Shown: positions 61,797-64,000 of the stretch, piece after piece
Layout: every line of letters starts with the position of its first letter
Position numbering within the stretch: position 1 is the first letter of the stretch
Assembly: GCF_018350175.1 (NCBI RefSeq)
Contig: NC_058368.1
Location: 86,678,001-86,742,000 of the forward strand
Length of the DNA stretch: 64,000 nucleotides
Direction of reading: 5' to 3'
From: Felis catus
Taxonomy: Eukaryota
Translations under genes and position numbers: made by a program
Notes under the pieces: generated by a model
Seen by the model: only the letters and a program-made list of their open reading frames with translations
Database searches by the model: none
What the model was told of the DNA's origin: nothing

Positions 61797-63232
61797 ATTT
61801 CCCAACACCAGTTTTTTTAAAAGACTGTCTTTTTTCCTTTGAAGATTCTTTACTGCTTGGTTGAATATTAGTTGACCAGATAGTTGTGGGTCTGTTTCTG
61901 GGTTTTCTATTCTGTCCCACTGAACTGTGTGTCTGTTTTTGTGCCAGTAGCATACTGTCTTCATGACTACAGCTTAGTAATATAACTTGAAGTGCAGCAT
62001 TGAGATGCCTCAGGCTTTTCTTCTTTTTTAAAATTGCTTAGCAAAAAAAAAAAAAAAAATGAAGCTAGACCACTTTGTTACACTATACACAAAAGTAAAT
62101 TCAAAATGGATGAAAGAACTAAATGTGAAACAGGAAATCATCAAAATCCTAGGGAACACAGGCAGTAACCTTTTTGACATCAACTGTAGCAACTTCTTAC
62201 TACATATGTCTCCTGAGACAGGAGAAATAAAAGCAAAAACAAACTATTAGGATTTCATAAAGATAAAAAGCACAGTGAAGGAAACAATCAACAAAACTAG
62301 AAACCAACCTTCAGAATGGAAAAAAAAATATTTGCAAATAACTTATCTGATAAAGAGTTAGTATCCAAAATCTATGAAGAACTTATCAAACTCAACACCC
62401 CCCAAAAAAACACCCAAATAATCCAGTTAGAAATGAGCAAAAGACATGCATAGACATCCTCCCAAAGAAGACAAGGGGATGGCTAACAGCCACAAGAAGA
62501 GATATTCAATATAACTCATCATCAGGGAAATGCAAATCAAAACTACAATGAGATATCACCTCACCCCTGTCAGAATGGATACAATTAACAACACAGGAAA
62601 TAACAGATATTGATAAGGATGTCTACAAATAGGAGACTTTTTATACTGTTGGTGGGAATCTAAACTGGTTCAGCCACTCTGGAAATCAGTATGGAAGTTC
62701 CTCAAAAATAGAAAAATAGAATTACCCTATCATCCAGCAATTGAGAGATATTTACCCAAAGTATACAAAAATACTGATTTGAAAGAAAACATGCACCCCG
62801 ATGTTTAACAACATTATCAACAATTGCCAAATTATGGAATGAGTCCAAATGTCCATCGACCGATGAATGGGGAAAGAAGATGTGGTATTATATTATTATA
62901 TTATATTATATTATATATATATATTATAATATTAAATATATATATACTATGAAATATTAGTCATCAAAAAGAATGAAATTTTGCCATTTGCAATGGCATG
63001 GATGGAGCTAGAGAGTATTATGCTAAGTTAAATTAGTCAGAGAAAGACAAATACCATAGGACTTCACTCATATGTGGAATTTAAGAAATGTAATAGATGA
63101 ACACGGAGGAAACAAAAGAGCAAGGCAAACAAAGAAACAGACTCTTAAATATAGAGAACAAACTAAGGAGTGCTGGAGGGAAGTTCACAGAGGGAAGAGT
63201 TAAATGGGTGATGAGTATTAAGAAAAGTACTC
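61797..63232 (+). mobile_element. L1 3' fragment with a 5' inversion (61797-62042 minus, 62043-63232 plus)
   Basis: The minus piece encodes KTVCYWHKNRH..ENPETDPQ and the plus piece continues MKLDHF... into the 3' UTR, so the two are adjacent parts of ORF2. Confidence 0.88.
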
Positions 63233-63237
63233 ATTTT

Positions 63238-63460
63238 GTGGCACCTTGGTGACTTAGTGAAACTTCTGACTTCAGCTCAGGTCATGATCTTGAGGTTTCC
63301 AAATTAGAGCACTGTGCCAGACTCTGTGCTGACAGCTCAGAGCCTGGAGCCTGCTTCAGATTCTGTGTCTCCCTCTCTCTCTGCCACCCCCCATTTGCAC
63401 TCTGTGTCTTTCTCTCCCTCTCTCAAAAACAAATAAATATTTAAAAAATAAATAAATAAA
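63238..63460 (+). mobile_element. CAN-SINE
   Basis: Degraded head, typical body and A tail. Confidence 0.9.
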
Positions 63461-64000
63461 GTAACGTTTGACTATAGATAATTTTGGGTTTTGTTATTTA
63501 GAAAATATGACATCTGTAAAGAATAGAAGCTTTATTTTCTCTTTTCCAATTAAATAAACTTTAATATCATTTCCCTGTCAATTTCAATGATTATAAACTC
63601 TGTCATATTAAATACTGAGCACATAGATGGTTCTCAACCTTATTTGCTCCAGTTATAAGGATAATTATCTAATAATTCCTTATTTTATTGGTAGTTTTAT
63701 ATATTTATATGATCATGGACTGAATTCAATCATAAATATTTTAGGTTTACAAAATTGCAACATTCTAAACAGTGAATAAATATATAGTATACAGGGTATA
63801 ATTTGAATATATATATATAAAGCATACAGTATGAATGCATATATTGCATATATATGATATACACATATGCATATATAATCCTATAATAAATAGGAAAATA
63901 AATACACATAAATAAAACATTTATTTAGCAAAAAATTATGTGCTGAATCAACTGATACTCAGTGGTATGCAATTTATAATAAGAATGTAATGTAATTTTT

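Noticed and set aside
1..64000. A novel multi-gene system (CRISPR-like array, defence island, domesticated RT)
   Set aside because: No spacer arrays or operon-like structure. Every RT/EN ORF is ordinary disrupted L1 ORF2.

Overview
Mammalian genomic DNA, almost certainly from a cat-family carnivore (felid-type CAN-SINEs and L1 3' UTRs). The window is part of a class II olfactory receptor (OR) cluster. It holds two intact single-coding-exon ORs (family-6-like at 33585-34526 +, family-14-like at 55486-56415 -) and one decayed family-14 pseudogene (~22172-23138 +). Roughly 60% of the sequence (estimated by eye) is LINE-1. This includes one near-full-length, relatively young copy (43231-49138 -), one older near-full-length copy and two 5'-inverted copies. 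About 20 CAN-SINEs, a MER34-like solo LTR, a degraded LTR with a tRNA-Arg primer-binding site, MER3/MIR relics and microsatellites make up much of the rest. Nearly all other ORFs in the track are L1/SINE debris or antisense shadows. I found no convincing novel gene system. The most interesting signals are rearrangement and DNA-repair scars: a hidden duplication with an inversion junction, ancient DNA inside a younger SINE, a ~79-bp inverted repeat at an L1 break, and templated insertions. Repeat names and boundaries come from recalled consensus sequences and are approximate.
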